A stretch of 64,000 nt of DNA from Planctomycetota bacterium (GCA_038060895.1 JBBTCT010000001.1:352001-416000); one strand, 5' to 3'. Counted from the stretch's first letter, positions 19,092 through 29,560 are shown. Notes: a model not told the origin generated them from the letters alone. Numbers and translations are program-made.

Positions 19092-20636
19092 ATGAAGACC
19101 GCGGCCCGGCTCCTGCTTTCGCTTGCGCTGCCGATGTTTGCGTTCGCCGGGGACGACACCGTCGTCGAGGGCGACGCGGGGAAAGCGCTCGACGCGGCGG
19201 TTCAGGCGGATCCGGAGAAGCCCTTCTGGGGCGCCGTCCTCGTGGCTAAGGACGGCAAGGTCCTCCTCGCGAAAGGCTATGGCGAAGCGGACTACAAGAA
19301 AGCCCCCATCACGCCCCGCACGCTGTTCGAAATCGCCTCGGCGAGCAAGATGTTCACCGCCATCGCGATCCTCAAACTCGAGATGCAGGGCAAGCTCGCG
19401 ACGACCGACCCGATTTCGAAGTTCTTCAAGGGCGTTCCTGCCGACAAGAAGGCGATCACCGTCCAGCACCTCGTCAACCACACGTCCGGCATTTCGGGCG
19501 AAGCGATCCTCGGGTACCACTCGCGCGAGACGGCCGACGAATTCGTCGCGCTGGCCATGAAGCGCCCGCTCGCGTCGAAGATCGGCGAGACGTTCGAATA
19601 CAGCAATCCCGGGTACGCACTTCTCGGCGTCATCATCGAGAAGGCCTCGGGGAAGAAGTTCGAGGAGTACCTGCGGGAAAACCTCTTCAAGCCTGCGGGC
19701 ATGAAGGACACCGGTTTCTGCCAGGACAAATCGCTCGACGCCTCGCGCGCGACGGTGCGCCGCGACTCGCGCGACGGGAACAAGGACGTCGGCACGGCGA
19801 TCGAGTGGGGCTGGAGCTGGGGCTACCGCGGCATGGGCGGCATCGTCACGACGGTGTACGACCTGTGGCGCTTCGACAAGGCGATGCGCGGCGACGCGAT
19901 CCTGGACGCCGCCGCGAAAACAAAACATCGGACTCCGGCGCTGGACAACTACGGCTGCGGCTGCCTCGTCGGGACCTCGGCCGGCGGGCAGGCGACGATC
20001 TCCCACTCGGGCTCCGTCGCGGGCTTCCTCTGCGACTACGTCCGCTTCCCCGACGACGACGCCGTCGTGATCGTTCTGTCAAACGACGCGGGCGATCCGT
20101 TCGGCGTCGTGCGACGCCTTTCGGCGACGATCTTCCGGCCGCCGACGGCGACGCTCGCGATCGACGTGAAGGGCCGGCAGCTGGACGAATACGGTTCTCT
20201 CTGGTTTCCCGGCGATGCGGCGTGGAAGGCCGCGAAGACCGGGGGCGGCGTTTCCGTCTCGCTCGGGGCGAAGGACGGCCCGCCCCCCTTGACCGCCACC
20301 CTCAGCGTGGAGAGCGCCGCGGCGTTCCTGAAGCAACTGCAGGGTCAGATCGACGCCCACGCGAAGGCCGGCGCCAAGGAAGATGACTCTCTTCGCGCCG
20401 GGGTCTTCACGGGCGACCTCAAGCTCAAGGAGGGGCGCGGCGAACTGAAGGAGGCGGAAATCGTGATCAAACCCTGCTACGACGCCCGGGACGCAGACGG
20501 AAAGAGGTGGTTCGACGCCCGCATGACGCTCGCGTTCAACGACCCGGTGTCCGGCCAGCAGGCCTTCATGGCCTATCTCGGCCTGACCTCCGCCCGCCAG
20601 CTCGCAGCCGCGCTGAAAGGCGCCCTCGCGAAATAA
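19092..20636 (+). CDS. Secreted serine hydrolase, beta-lactamase/AmpC family, with a C-terminal extra domain
   Basis: FEIASASK (SxxK), LVNHTSG, FEYSNPGY, HSGS. Confidence 0.9.
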   Translation: MKTAARLLLSLALPMFAFAGDDTVVEGDAGKALDAAVQADPEKPFWGAVLVAKDGKVLLAKGYGEADYKKAPITPRTLFEIASASKMFTAIAILKLEMQGKLATTDPISKFFKGVPADKKAITVQHLVNHTSGISGEAILGYHSRETADEFVALAMKRPLASKIGETFEYSNPGYALLGVIIEKASGKKFEEYLRENLFKPAGMKDTGFCQDKSLDASRATVRRDSRDGNKDVGTAIEWGWSWGYRGMGGIVTTVYDLWRFDKAMRGDAILDAAAKTKHRTPALDNYGCGCLVGTSAGGQATISHSGSVAGFLCDYVRFPDDDAVVIVLSNDAGDPFGVVRRLSATIFRPPTATLAIDVKGRQLDEYGSLWFPGDAAWKAAKTGGGVSVSLGAKDGPPPLTATLSVESAAAFLKQLQGQIDAHAKAGAKEDDSLRAGVFTGDLKLKEGRGELKEAEIVIKPCYDARDADGKRWFDARMTLAFNDPVSGQQAFMAYLGLTSARQLAAALKGALAK

Positions 20637-20637
20637 C

Positions 20638-21318
20638 ATGCGCGCCTCCCTCCTCCTGCTTCTGTTCGCCCTCCCCGCCGCCGCAGCGGACCCGTTTGAG
20701 GGCCTCAAGCGCCTCGACCGCGTCACCGTGACCGACAAGGACGGCGACACCGTGCGCGGGATCGTCCGCTCGATCCTGCGCGGCCGGATGTCACTCCAGA
20801 TCGAAGGGCGCGAAGGGCTGACGGGGTCGCTGGTCTTCGAGCGCAAGTCGGTCCGCAAAATCGAGAAAACCGGGATCGCGACCGAGGAGGAGCTGAAAGC
20901 TGCTTCGGAGCCCGAAGCTCCTCCCCCCGAGGGACTCGTGGAGCCCGAACGAGTTGCGTCGAAGGTTGAGGCGCCTCCCGCTCCGCCGAGGCCCGTCCTC
21001 GAAGCATTTCCGACGACGACCTGGTCCTCATCGCGACACGATGAGATCGCCCTGAAGGACGCCTATCTCCGGTCCGCCGACGAACGCGAGTTCCTCGCGC
21101 GCATCGGCGAATGGACTGCGGCGGTCGCTGCCCTGAATCGGGAAATGCGGCTAGCTCTCATTCGCAGATTCCCGCCGGGTGAGCTGTGGAATCAGGCGAC
21201 CTTTGACAGATTGCGCGTCTTGATGGCTGTCATCGGCCGCGAGCTCACCGCTGAAGAGAAGGATTTCGTCAGTCATTTTGAAGCGTGGAGAACTGCGATG
21301 GAAGAGACCGCGCGATAG
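20638..21318 (+). CDS. Hypothetical secreted protein
   Basis: Signal peptide MRASLLLLLFALPAAAA; starts 1 nt after the upstream stop. Confidence 0.65.
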   Translation: MRASLLLLLFALPAAAADPFEGLKRLDRVTVTDKDGDTVRGIVRSILRGRMSLQIEGREGLTGSLVFERKSVRKIEKTGIATEEELKAASEPEAPPPEGLVEPERVASKVEAPPAPPRPVLEAFPTTTWSSSRHDEIALKDAYLRSADEREFLARIGEWTAAVAALNREMRLALIRRFPPGELWNQATFDRLRVLMAVIGRELTAEEKDFVSHFEAWRTAMEETAR

Positions 21319-21403
21319 CGCTACGGTTGCAGAAATGGCCCGCGCAAGACTGGATCCCCGATTGTTTGCAGCAAGGCTCCGCAAGCCCTTAACCTGACTC
21401 GCT

Positions 21404-23500
21404 GTGGAGTATCAAGGGCACACGCTGGACGAATTTCAGGTGCGCGCGGTCCAGGCGATCGACCGCGGCGAATCCGTGCTTGTCAGCGCGCCGACCGGAG
21501 CCGGGAAGACGCTGATCGCGGAGTATGCGCTCGAGAAATGCCTGAATGAAGGCAAGCGCGTGATCTACACCGCGCCGATCAAGGCCCTTTCGAACCAGAA
21601 GTACCGCGATTTCACCGGGACGTACGGCGAACGCATCGGCCTCGTGACCGGCGACGTCGTCATCAACCAGCACGCGCAGGTCCTGATCATGACCACCGAA
21701 ATCCTGCGCAACACGATCTTCGACGACCCCGAGCGGCTCTCGGACGTGGCCTTCGTGATCTTCGACGAGATTCACTTCATGGACGACCGCGAGCGCGGCA
21801 CCGTCTGGGAGGAATCGATCATCTTCGCGCCCGAGCACATCCAGATCATCGGGCTGTCGGCAACCGTGGCCAATCTGACCTCTTTTGCGGCGTGGATCCG
21901 GAAAACGCGCAAGGCGAAACTCGAGGTCATCATCGAGACGAACCGGCCGGTGCCTCTCAAACACCTGCTGGTCCTGAACGGGCACGGGATCGGCAATCTC
22001 AAGGACCTGAAGCGGCTGGAGGACGAGACGACGACTCCTGTGGGCCCGCGCCCGGCGGGGTGGCATCGCGCGACGGAGCCGGAGCACCCGACGCGGGATT
22101 CGGCGAGGTGGGGCCCCCACTCGTGGCGGCGGCTGCTGATGGACAACATCCAGCACGACAATCGGCTGCCGGTGATCTGGTTCATCTTCAATCGCCGCGA
22201 GTGCGAAGAGCGCGCCAACGACATGGCGCACCGGGAGCTGCTCAACGGCTCGGAAAAGGAAATCATCCTGCGGCTCTTCGACGAGTGGGCCGGCAAGTAC
22301 GGCGTCGAGGGGGACAAGGCTGTCGCGGAGATGCGGCGGCTCGTGGCACGCGGGATCGCGTTCCACCACGCCGGCCTGCTGCCGACTCTCAAGGACATCG
22401 TCGAGCGCATCTTTACCGCGGGTCTGATCAAGCTCATCTTCACGACGGAAACCTTCGCGCTCGGCATCAACATGCCTGCGCGCACCGTCGTCTTCGACGC
22501 TCTCACGAAATTCGACGGCATCCGCCGCGGCCCTCTCATGGCCCGCGAGTACATGCAGATGGCCGGCCGCGCCGGCCGCCGCGGCATGGACGAGGTCGGG
22601 TTCGTCTACTCGAACGTCGAGTATCCCTACGCACGCTTCAATGCCGTCAACCGCACCATCGACGGCGAGATCGAGCCGATCCACTCGCAGTTCAACCTCT
22701 CCTACGCCACCCTGCTCAACCTCTGGCAGCAGATCGGCAAGAACATCTTCAAGGCCTGCGACAACTCGTTCGCGAACTTCGGCGCCCCCGAGATCGTCGC
22801 GCCGCCCCCGCAATCGATCCGCAGCTCACGCCGGAAGCGCCGCGGCAAGCACGGACCGCATTCGCAGCCGCCTCCAATTCACACAGGCGGCTCATACCGG
22901 GGCATGGTCGAGCAGGTCCGCCGCCGCCTGGCGCTCCTCGAGCGCATGGGCTACACGAAGGACCGCGAGCTGACCCCGAAAGGCATCTTCGCCAAGCAGA
23001 TCTACGGTTACGAAATCCAGGTCGCGGAATTCATCGAAGCGGGAATCCTGTCGCGCCTGACCGAGGACCAGCTCAACGTCCTCTTCAATGCGATCGTCTT
23101 CGAAGCCCGCAAGGGCGACTGGTTCCGTCCGCTCGCGAAGGAGCTGATGCGCCCCTGGAAATTCAAGGCGCTCGACCTCGTCGAAAAGACCCGCAATCTC
23201 GAAGGCGAATTCGGCATCACGACGCCCACCAAGGAAATGGACTACCGCATGGCGTCCTGCATCTGGGCGTGGAGCCGCGGCTGCCCGTTCGCGGACCTCG
23301 AAGCGCACACTTCCCTGTCGGACGGCGACATGGTGCGCTACATGCGCCTGGGCGTGCAGCTCCAGCGGCAGACGGTCCGCGCGCTGATGGACTACCCGCA
23401 CTTCGCGAACGATCCGTACCTCGCGGAAAAGCTGAAGACGGCTGCGGCGAAAGTGAGTCGCGACGTTGTGGATGCGGAGAAGCAGCTGAGGCAGGGATAG
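21404..23500 (+). CDS. Ski2-like (HelY-type) DExH helicase
   Basis: APTGAGKT, PIKALSNQK, FDEIH, LSAT, AFHHAG, QMAGRAGRRG, DSHCT-like C-terminus. Confidence 0.93.
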   Translation: MEYQGHTLDEFQVRAVQAIDRGESVLVSAPTGAGKTLIAEYALEKCLNEGKRVIYTAPIKALSNQKYRDFTGTYGERIGLVTGDVVINQHAQVLIMTTEILRNTIFDDPERLSDVAFVIFDEIHFMDDRERGTVWEESIIFAPEHIQIIGLSATVANLTSFAAWIRKTRKAKLEVIIETNRPVPLKHLLVLNGHGIGNLKDLKRLEDETTTPVGPRPAGWHRATEPEHPTRDSARWGPHSWRRLLMDNIQHDNRLPVIWFIFNRRECEERANDMAHRELLNGSEKEIILRLFDEWAGKYGVEGDKAVAEMRRLVARGIAFHHAGLLPTLKDIVERIFTAGLIKLIFTTETFALGINMPARTVVFDALTKFDGIRRGPLMAREYMQMAGRAGRRGMDEVGFVYSNVEYPYARFNAVNRTIDGEIEPIHSQFNLSYATLLNLWQQIGKNIFKACDNSFANFGAPEIVAPPPQSIRSSRRKRRGKHGPHSQPPPIHTGGSYRGMVEQVRRRLALLERMGYTKDRELTPKGIFAKQIYGYEIQVAEFIEAGILSRLTEDQLNVLFNAIVFEARKGDWFRPLAKELMRPWKFKALDLVEKTRNLEGEFGITTPTKEMDYRMASCIWAWSRGCPFADLEAHTSLSDGDMVRYMRLGVQLQRQTVRALMDYPHFANDPYLAEKLKTAAAKVSRDVVDAEKQLRQG

Positions 23501-23579
23501 TGGCGCTGAAGGAAGTCAGCGCGTCCCCTCGCAAAGAGAGAGAACTGGTGATCCTGCCGTGAAGCTATAATCGTTTCCG

Positions 23580-23849
23580 ATGAAGAGAATTGAAGACACA
23601 TACGAAGGCCGTTTTGTTCATGGCCGCGTGGAATGGAAGGGCGGGAAACCGCCGCCTGAAGGCGCCCGTGTCGAAGCTCTGGGCAAGACGCGTGGCGGGA
23701 AGTCCCGTAAGCGGTCTGTGGGCGGTCGAGTCTCTGCAGGTCGGGACATCTGGCAGGTCCTGAGGAAATTCGAAGGAAAGGCCGCAAGCCTGCCCGCGGA
23801 TCTCGGCCCGAACCTGGATCACTACCTCTACGGAGTTCCGCGCAAGTGA
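23580..23849 (+). CDS. Putative type II antitoxin
   Basis: 89 aa ending LPADLGPNLDHYLYG; GTGA overlap with the PIN toxin gene. Confidence 0.75.
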   Translation: MKRIEDTYEGRFVHGRVEWKGGKPPPEGARVEALGKTRGGKSRKRSVGGRVSAGRDIWQVLRKFEGKAASLPADLGPNLDHYLYGVPRK

Positions 23850-24250
23850 CGCAGGTCTTTGCGGACACGCACTTCTTCATCGCGCTGGTGAATCCTTCGG
23901 ATCCGGCGCATGCCATTGCGCGAAAGCAACGGGAGCAGAAGGGACGCACGCTCGTTACGACCACTTGGGTGATCGCCGAGTTCGGGAACGCGATGTCGAG
24001 AGGTGGAAGCAGAGCCCTGTTTCTCGCGATGCTTGATGCTCTCTCTGCGGCGAAGAACACGGTGGTCCTGAACCCTACGCGATCGGTCATCGACTCAGCC
24101 GTGGATCTGTTCCGCGAGCGACCTGACAAAGATTGGTCACTGACGGACTGCGTCTCCTTCGTAGTCATGCAAAGGCGCGGTATCCGCGATGCACTGACTG
24201 GAGACCGACACTTTGACCAGGCCGGATTTCACGCCCTCCTCGGTCAATAG
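23846..24250 (+). CDS. vapC: VapC-family PIN-domain toxin
   Basis: VFADTHFFIAL..P.D..H, E, WSLTDCVSF, ALTGDRHFDQAGF. Confidence 0.92.
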   Translation: MTQVFADTHFFIALVNPSDPAHAIARKQREQKGRTLVTTTWVIAEFGNAMSRGGSRALFLAMLDALSAAKNTVVLNPTRSVIDSAVDLFRERPDKDWSLTDCVSFVVMQRRGIRDALTGDRHFDQAGFHALLGQ

Positions 24251-24261
24251 CAGGAGTCTCC

Positions 24262-24675
24262 ATGACGCCCCTCGATCCAGCCCTGGCCGAACTGCGCCGG
24301 CGAAGCAAGACGGTCCCGACACCCCCTCGCCTTCCTACCGACGCGGAAGTGACGGCAATGGAGGAGACACGGGGCGTGACCTTTCCCTCGGATTACCGGA
24401 GGTTCCTGCTCAAAGCGAGCGACGTGTGTGCGGGTTCATTCGAGCCAGCGACCATCACGAGTCCACGGTCGCACACATACTTGCCTGATGTAGTCGCGTC
24501 GGCCCGAGAATGGGGAGTGCCCCCAGAACTACTGCCCATCTGCGAAGACAACTCCGACTTCTACTGCCTGAACTCCGCCGGCGAGATTTGCTTCTGGTCG
24601 CATGATAGCGCGACTGATGAATGTTGGCCCAACCTCGCAGCTTGGATAGAGCAAGTCTGGCTCCGTGGGGAATAG
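24262..24675 (+). CDS. SMI1/KNR4 (SUKH) family protein
   Basis: E..RGVTFPSDYRRFL...LLPICEDNSDFYCL...FWSHD...LAAWIE. Confidence 0.9.
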   Translation: MTPLDPALAELRRRSKTVPTPPRLPTDAEVTAMEETRGVTFPSDYRRFLLKASDVCAGSFEPATITSPRSHTYLPDVVASAREWGVPPELLPICEDNSDFYCLNSAGEICFWSHDSATDECWPNLAAWIEQVWLRGE

Positions 24676-24775
24676 CTGTCTTGTCTGCCCGCAGCCTTGG
24701 GTGCCACCCGGTGCCGCCGCAATTCGCGCGTCATTTTGGTCCACGATCCGCGCGTGATAAGCTCGCCTTCCCGAG

Positions 24776-27700
24776 ATGCGCCGCCGAGAGCTGACAGCGT
24801 TTCACGCCTCCTTCTTGCTCCTCGCGAGCGGCCTGTGTGCTTCCGCGCAGGGCGTGCAGCACTGGGGATTCGGGCACGGTTCGCTCGCGACACTGCAGAC
24901 GCGCGAGGACGGGTCGCGGGACCTGGTTGTCTACGAAGCGCCGCTTCGCGCGAAGGACGCCGCGTGGCTGGTGCGATGGCGGTCGGAGAAGATTGCGGGG
25001 CCGCAGGCGGCGGCGTGGGTGGCGTGCGGGGATTTCAAGCCGCAGAAGGTCGGCAAGGCGTACGTCGTGGTTGCGACGGCCGACGGCGCCGGGCTCACGG
25101 TGACGCTCTACGATCCGCCCGAGGTCTTCACGACACGCGCCTGGGCGGCCCTTCCCGCAAAGAACCGCCTCATTCCCGCGGAGAAACTGGGCGGCACGGT
25201 GGAGCACATCGCCGCGGGAAATCTGTACGGCAGTCGCCTCGACCCGGATGGGCTGTGCGTTCTCATCCGCTCGGGTGAGGGCGACACGGCGAACTGGTTC
25301 GTCGGGCAAGTGCGCGTGCCGATGGACGAGAAGGGCGAGGCCGAGCTGACGCGGCGCGAGCCGCTTCCCGTCAAGGCGGACCCTTCGTTTGTCGCGGGGT
25401 TCGCGGTCGGGGACTTCTGGGGGACGGGAGAGGACTCCATCTGTTTCCCGATCGGCGGCGAGGCGGGGACTCAGCTGAAGTTCCTGCGGTGGGGGCGCGA
25501 AGTTTCGCCGGGGGCCTGCTTCGTGAAGGTCGTCGATGACATCGCGCAGGACGTGCCTCCGCTCGCGACGGGCGGGATCTGCGCGGCGGATTACCTGAAA
25601 GACGGATTCGACGCGATCACGCTTCTGCCGGCCGATCCGGAAGCGCCGATGGAAGTCCGGGTGGCGCCGGCGAGGGAGCCCGGCAAGGGGCGAGAGCCGG
25701 GGCCGTTTTACAACGGGCACATGCCGTCGCGGCAGGCGTGGCCGGGCTTCGGCGGGTATATGTCGGTCGTGTCGATGCGCGGGCGGCCAGAGGGCCTCGA
25801 CAAGCGCAAAGAGGGGCCGCTTCCCATCGCCGGCGGGCCCGTGTTCGGCTACGTCCGCGGGACGCTCGACGGGCAGACGCGCGCAGCCAATGTCCTCGAC
25901 GAGCGCGGCGACGCCGGGATCGCCTGCGCGCACCGCATCGCGCCGTGGAACGTCGGGGAAGGCGAACCGCATTTCGGGTGGCCGCTTCAGGGGGAAGAAA
26001 CCTCGTGGCAGATCGTCGTGAAGAACAACGGCAAGCACGAGGTGGCGGGCGGCGGGAAGCTGCGGGTGTGGCTCTGCACGGACAAGCCGAACGCGGATCT
26101 GACGGGCGTGAAGCCCGACATGGAAATGCTCGTCGAGCGGATGGAAGCGGAAAACGCCGACAAGCCGGACTACAAGATTTTCACGGTGAAAGGACCCTGG
26201 CCGTGGGCGCTGGTGGATTGTCCGGGGGAGAAGTGGAAGCGGCTGAATCTTGGCGAGGTCGGGGAGCGGTGGCTGATCGCGACGATCGAGGCGCCCGGGG
26301 ACGTGAACGAGCGCGACAACCGGCTCGAGGTGCCGTGGCACGGGCTTCCATATCACCCGATCCTGCGCGACTGGGGCAACCTGCGCGACTCGCGGCCGAT
26401 GGTCCCGGGGGATCCGCCCGGGCTTGAGTACCTGATGCGCAAGACCGCCGACGCCGTGAACGCCACGTGGGCGCGCGCGGGCGGCGCTTACAACGAGGAT
26501 GCCCTCATCCGCGTTTTCTTCGACGGCTTCGACGTCGGCTGGCCGGACGACGTGCCGGAGAGGGAGAAGGAGCGGACGTGGCGAGCGTACCGCGAGAAGT
26601 ACGAGGGGCTGCGGCAGCTCGAGTCGCACTGGGGCGGGGACTGGGAGCGGCTGGACTGGAAGGGGCCCGAGAAGCCGGAGGACAAGCGGGTGGTGAAGGA
26701 CCCGCTGAAGGACACGGCGGACGAGCTGAAGGAAGTGGCGCGGCTGTTTCATCCCCTCGCGGGGATCGACGAGGGGAAGCTGTCGCCGTCGCTGACCGGG
26801 ATCGCGACGCTGGGGGACGGTCGCCCGGTGCAGATGACGTCGCGCTACTGGACGGCGGACATCCTGACGACGGGGCACCGCGTGGCGGGCGTGCCGGCGG
26901 CGGAGTACGCGCGGCGGTACATGCAGGGAGTGCGCGGCGTGAAACTGCCCGCGTGGAGCGAGATGGCTCCGGACAAGGTCATCGCGCGGGTGCTGGACCG
27001 CGACGGAAACCCGGTCTCGGGCGCGACGGTGACGCTGTGGCTCTACGGGAAGACGTCGTCGCTGCGTTCCGGAACCACGGATTCCGCCGGGCGCTGGGAC
27101 ACCGGGCATCCGTTCGGTCCCGGTGCGCCGGACATGTTCGGGAAGAAGCACTGGACCGACGGGCTGCAGGTCGATCCGGCGGCGATTCTCGTCGTCACGA
27201 TCGGGTTCCACAGCGAGGCCTTCCTTCTCGGCGCGGACGACGCCGGGGCGCACGGCCGCCTGGCCCTGTTTCTCCACTCGATGACGGATCCCAGGGAGTG
27301 GGTCACCAACCTGCGCCTGAACTGGCACAAGAACGCCGCGCCTCCGGACTTCACGATCGACCTTCCCGTCCAGGGGACGATGGTCGAGCTGCAGGTGAAC
27401 GGAACGCCCGGCCGCAAGTACCGGCTCTACCGCCGCTGGGAGCCGGCGTGGATCCGCACGCTCGTCGGCGAATACCCCACCGGCGACGGCAAGGTCGTCG
27501 TCCCTCTCGAACTCACCGCCCCCGACTCCTGGGGCAAGGGGCGCTTCCGGGCGTCCTACGAAGTCACATGCGTCGACGCCGCCGGGAACGAGTCGCTTCC
27601 CAGGTTTGCCTCGGCCACGGCCCTGCAGAATGTCCTGGGCCTTTCGCTGACCGCCACGGACCGCCTCTCGATTGCAGCCGGAAACGGCGACGCCGACCCG

Positions 27701-28732
27701 TTCGGTATCGAGCTCAAGTATCCGTCGACGTCCCTCCACCGCGAGATGCTCCTGAGCACGAGCCGCGAACACGCCGCCCGGAAAATCGTCCGCTCGAACA
27801 TCCACCCGCTGCGGCTCTTCGTCACCCTCAAGGCCTCGGGCGAACTTCCCCCCGTCTGCCTCGACATTCTCGACTCCTGGCAGGGCGGCCCTTACGAGCG
27901 CAAATACGACCTCGGGACGGCGAACGGGAAGCGCGGCGGCCCGAAGGAATTCCGGGTGCGCAACCCGACCCAGCTCGGCGAGCTGAACCAGGGCGACGTG
28001 ATCACGTGGAACACGAAGTCCGCGCGCGTCGCTTCGATCCAGCGCGAGTGCGTTTTCCTCGACGCGCCGATCTTCGACATGGAAGTTGACCAGGTCACCG
28101 TTCAGATGACTCGCGCGGCCGGCCGCCTCGGAGAGAATTCCAACTCGCGCGAGCTGTGCGACCCGCGGGGCCTGATGATCCTCCCCGTCGGCAAGGAACA
28201 CGTCGCGATCGCCGACACCGGCAACAACCGCATCGTCGTCTGGGACGACACCACGAAATTCGTCTCGTACTACGGCGGCGACAAGTTCCGCCCCTGCGCC
28301 CTCGGGCTCGACCCGCGCGACTCCAAGGTCTTCTTCGTGGTGGACCGGAGACCTGACCGCAAGAGCTTCCTCCTCCGCCTCACCTTCGGCGGCAAGACGA
28401 TCGAGCGCGACCACAAGTGGAACCTCGACGCCGGGGACTGGAACGGCGAAGAGCAGGGGCTCGCGGTCCGGCGCCTGTACGACGAGCTCGACCGCGTCCA
28501 GCTCGCCGTCACGGACGCCGAGAAGGGCCGCGTGCTGCTCTTCACCGTGATGCCCGACCACCTCGTCGCCAACGGCGTCGTCAAGATCGTCACGGGAACC
28601 CACGCCGGGCCGCTGGCGCTTCAGGCCCCCTCCGACTGCATTTTCGTGCCGGGCGAGAAGAACGCCGCAAGGCTCTTCCTGGTTGACGGGATGGACCGGG
28701 TTGTCGAGGGCGGAGCGTCAGTGCCCAAGTAG
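24776..28732 (+). CDS. Large (1318 aa) secreted multidomain protein (CARDB-like, carboxypeptidase-regulatory-like, NHL-like segments)
   Basis: Signal-like N-terminus; VKNNG...DVNERDN; VLDRDGNPVSGATVTL...GTTDSAGRW; PRGL...IADTGNNRIVV. Confidence 0.7.
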   Translation: MRRRELTAFHASFLLLASGLCASAQGVQHWGFGHGSLATLQTREDGSRDLVVYEAPLRAKDAAWLVRWRSEKIAGPQAAAWVACGDFKPQKVGKAYVVVATADGAGLTVTLYDPPEVFTTRAWAALPAKNRLIPAEKLGGTVEHIAAGNLYGSRLDPDGLCVLIRSGEGDTANWFVGQVRVPMDEKGEAELTRREPLPVKADPSFVAGFAVGDFWGTGEDSICFPIGGEAGTQLKFLRWGREVSPGACFVKVVDDIAQDVPPLATGGICAADYLKDGFDAITLLPADPEAPMEVRVAPAREPGKGREPGPFYNGHMPSRQAWPGFGGYMSVVSMRGRPEGLDKRKEGPLPIAGGPVFGYVRGTLDGQTRAANVLDERGDAGIACAHRIAPWNVGEGEPHFGWPLQGEETSWQIVVKNNGKHEVAGGGKLRVWLCTDKPNADLTGVKPDMEMLVERMEAENADKPDYKIFTVKGPWPWALVDCPGEKWKRLNLGEVGERWLIATIEAPGDVNERDNRLEVPWHGLPYHPILRDWGNLRDSRPMVPGDPPGLEYLMRKTADAVNATWARAGGAYNEDALIRVFFDGFDVGWPDDVPEREKERTWRAYREKYEGLRQLESHWGGDWERLDWKGPEKPEDKRVVKDPLKDTADELKEVARLFHPLAGIDEGKLSPSLTGIATLGDGRPVQMTSRYWTADILTTGHRVAGVPAAEYARRYMQGVRGVKLPAWSEMAPDKVIARVLDRDGNPVSGATVTLWLYGKTSSLRSGTTDSAGRWDTGHPFGPGAPDMFGKKHWTDGLQVDPAAILVVTIGFHSEAFLLGADDAGAHGRLALFLHSMTDPREWVTNLRLNWHKNAAPPDFTIDLPVQGTMVELQVNGTPGRKYRLYRRWEPAWIRTLVGEYPTGDGKVVVPLELTAPDSWGKGRFRASYEVTCVDAAGNESLPRFASATALQNVLGLSLTATDRLSIAAGNGDADPFGIELKYPSTSLHREMLLSTSREHAARKIVRSNIHPLRLFVTLKASGELPPVCLDILDSWQGGPYERKYDLGTANGKRGGPKEFRVRNPTQLGELNQGDVITWNTKSARVASIQRECVFLDAPIFDMEVDQVTVQMTRAAGRLGENSNSRELCDPRGLMILPVGKEHVAIADTGNNRIVVWDDTTKFVSYYGGDKFRPCALGLDPRDSKVFFVVDRRPDRKSFLLRLTFGGKTIERDHKWNLDAGDWNGEEQGLAVRRLYDELDRVQLAVTDAEKGRVLLFTVMPDHLVANGVVKIVTGTHAGPLALQAPSDCIFVPGEKNAARLFLVDGMDRVVEGGASVPK

Positions 28733-29269
28733 GGCCGCCGTCACCCGCCGAAGTTCGGCGTCGAAGGCGGTATCCGTAAGGACGAGACCCGCGCGCGCGA
28801 CTTCGATGTCCTCTTCGAGTTCGATCCACGATCGGCAGCCGCGGTAGGCGGGCCGAAGTTTCAAGGTGACGGGCCGTTCAAGCGCCGAAACCCGGACCGC
28901 TACGGCCCAGAGCGGGCCCTCCCCTTTGCGTTCGAGACGCTCGGCGGCGACCGCGTCGCTCCAGGAGTGGAGTCCGCTGAGGCGGGCGAGCGAAGCGGCG
29001 TCGGGGACCGGCCACGCTCCAGCGGTCGTGGCGCAGAGAGAGATCACGACCTCATCGTCCGCCGGTGTCGCCAGCGAATTCGCCGGCACGGCGTCCGCGA
29101 GCTGGCCTGCCGACTGATGGAATTGAGTCGGGAAGAGCAGGAACGTCCCCTGCCCGGGATGGAACGCGCCATCGGGGTCGGCGATCCCGCCGCGGCGGAG
29201 AATCAGGATCGACGACCCGCGGCCGAGCGCGAAACAGACGGCGGCCCATTCCTTGAAGGCGGTCTTCAT
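28718..29269 (-). CDS. DUF1802 family protein
   Basis: AFKEWAAVC.ALGRG..ILRRGGI...FLLFPT.FHQ...Y.GCRSWIEL. Confidence 0.88.
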   Translation of the reverse strand: MKTAFKEWAAVCFALGRGSSILILRRGGIADPDGAFHPGQGTFLLFPTQFHQSAGQLADAVPANSLATPADDEVVISLCATTAGAWPVPDAASLARLSGLHSWSDAVAAERLERKGEGPLWAVAVRVSALERPVTLKLRPAYRGCRSWIELEEDIEVARAGLVLTDTAFDAELRRVTAALLGH

Positions 29270-29372
29270 GGTTGAAGTGTACGGAGAGCGCGTGGGAAAA
29301 TCCCGCGTGTCAGGCTGCGTCGGCCCCGCATCAAATACGCGCCAATTCTAAGGATCTTAAAGGCCGGCACAC

Positions 29373-29560
29373 CCGGCCGGACATGCCATTTTTTATTTCG
29401 CGCGACCGGCCGGACAGCCGAGTTTTTTATTTATTCGGCGCCCTGGCTGGTTCCGCCGCCGGCGACCCGAACATTCCCGAACATTCCTAAATCCACGGCG
29501 CAATCTGCACGCAGCCGCAACTCCTTGGGAATACTTGAATTGCAATCGATCTAAAATGCA
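29373..29560. promoter_or_regulatory. AT-enriched divergent promoter region with phased direct repeats
   Basis: CCGGCCGGACA at 29373 and 29406, each followed by TTTTTTATTT; tandem CCGAACATTC; TTGCA-N12-TGCAA. Confidence 0.45.

Noticed and set aside
19092-20636. Clinical-type beta-lactamase resistance gene
   Set aside because: SxxK and YxN are shared by many esterases and peptidases; it has HSG rather than KTG and no mobile context.
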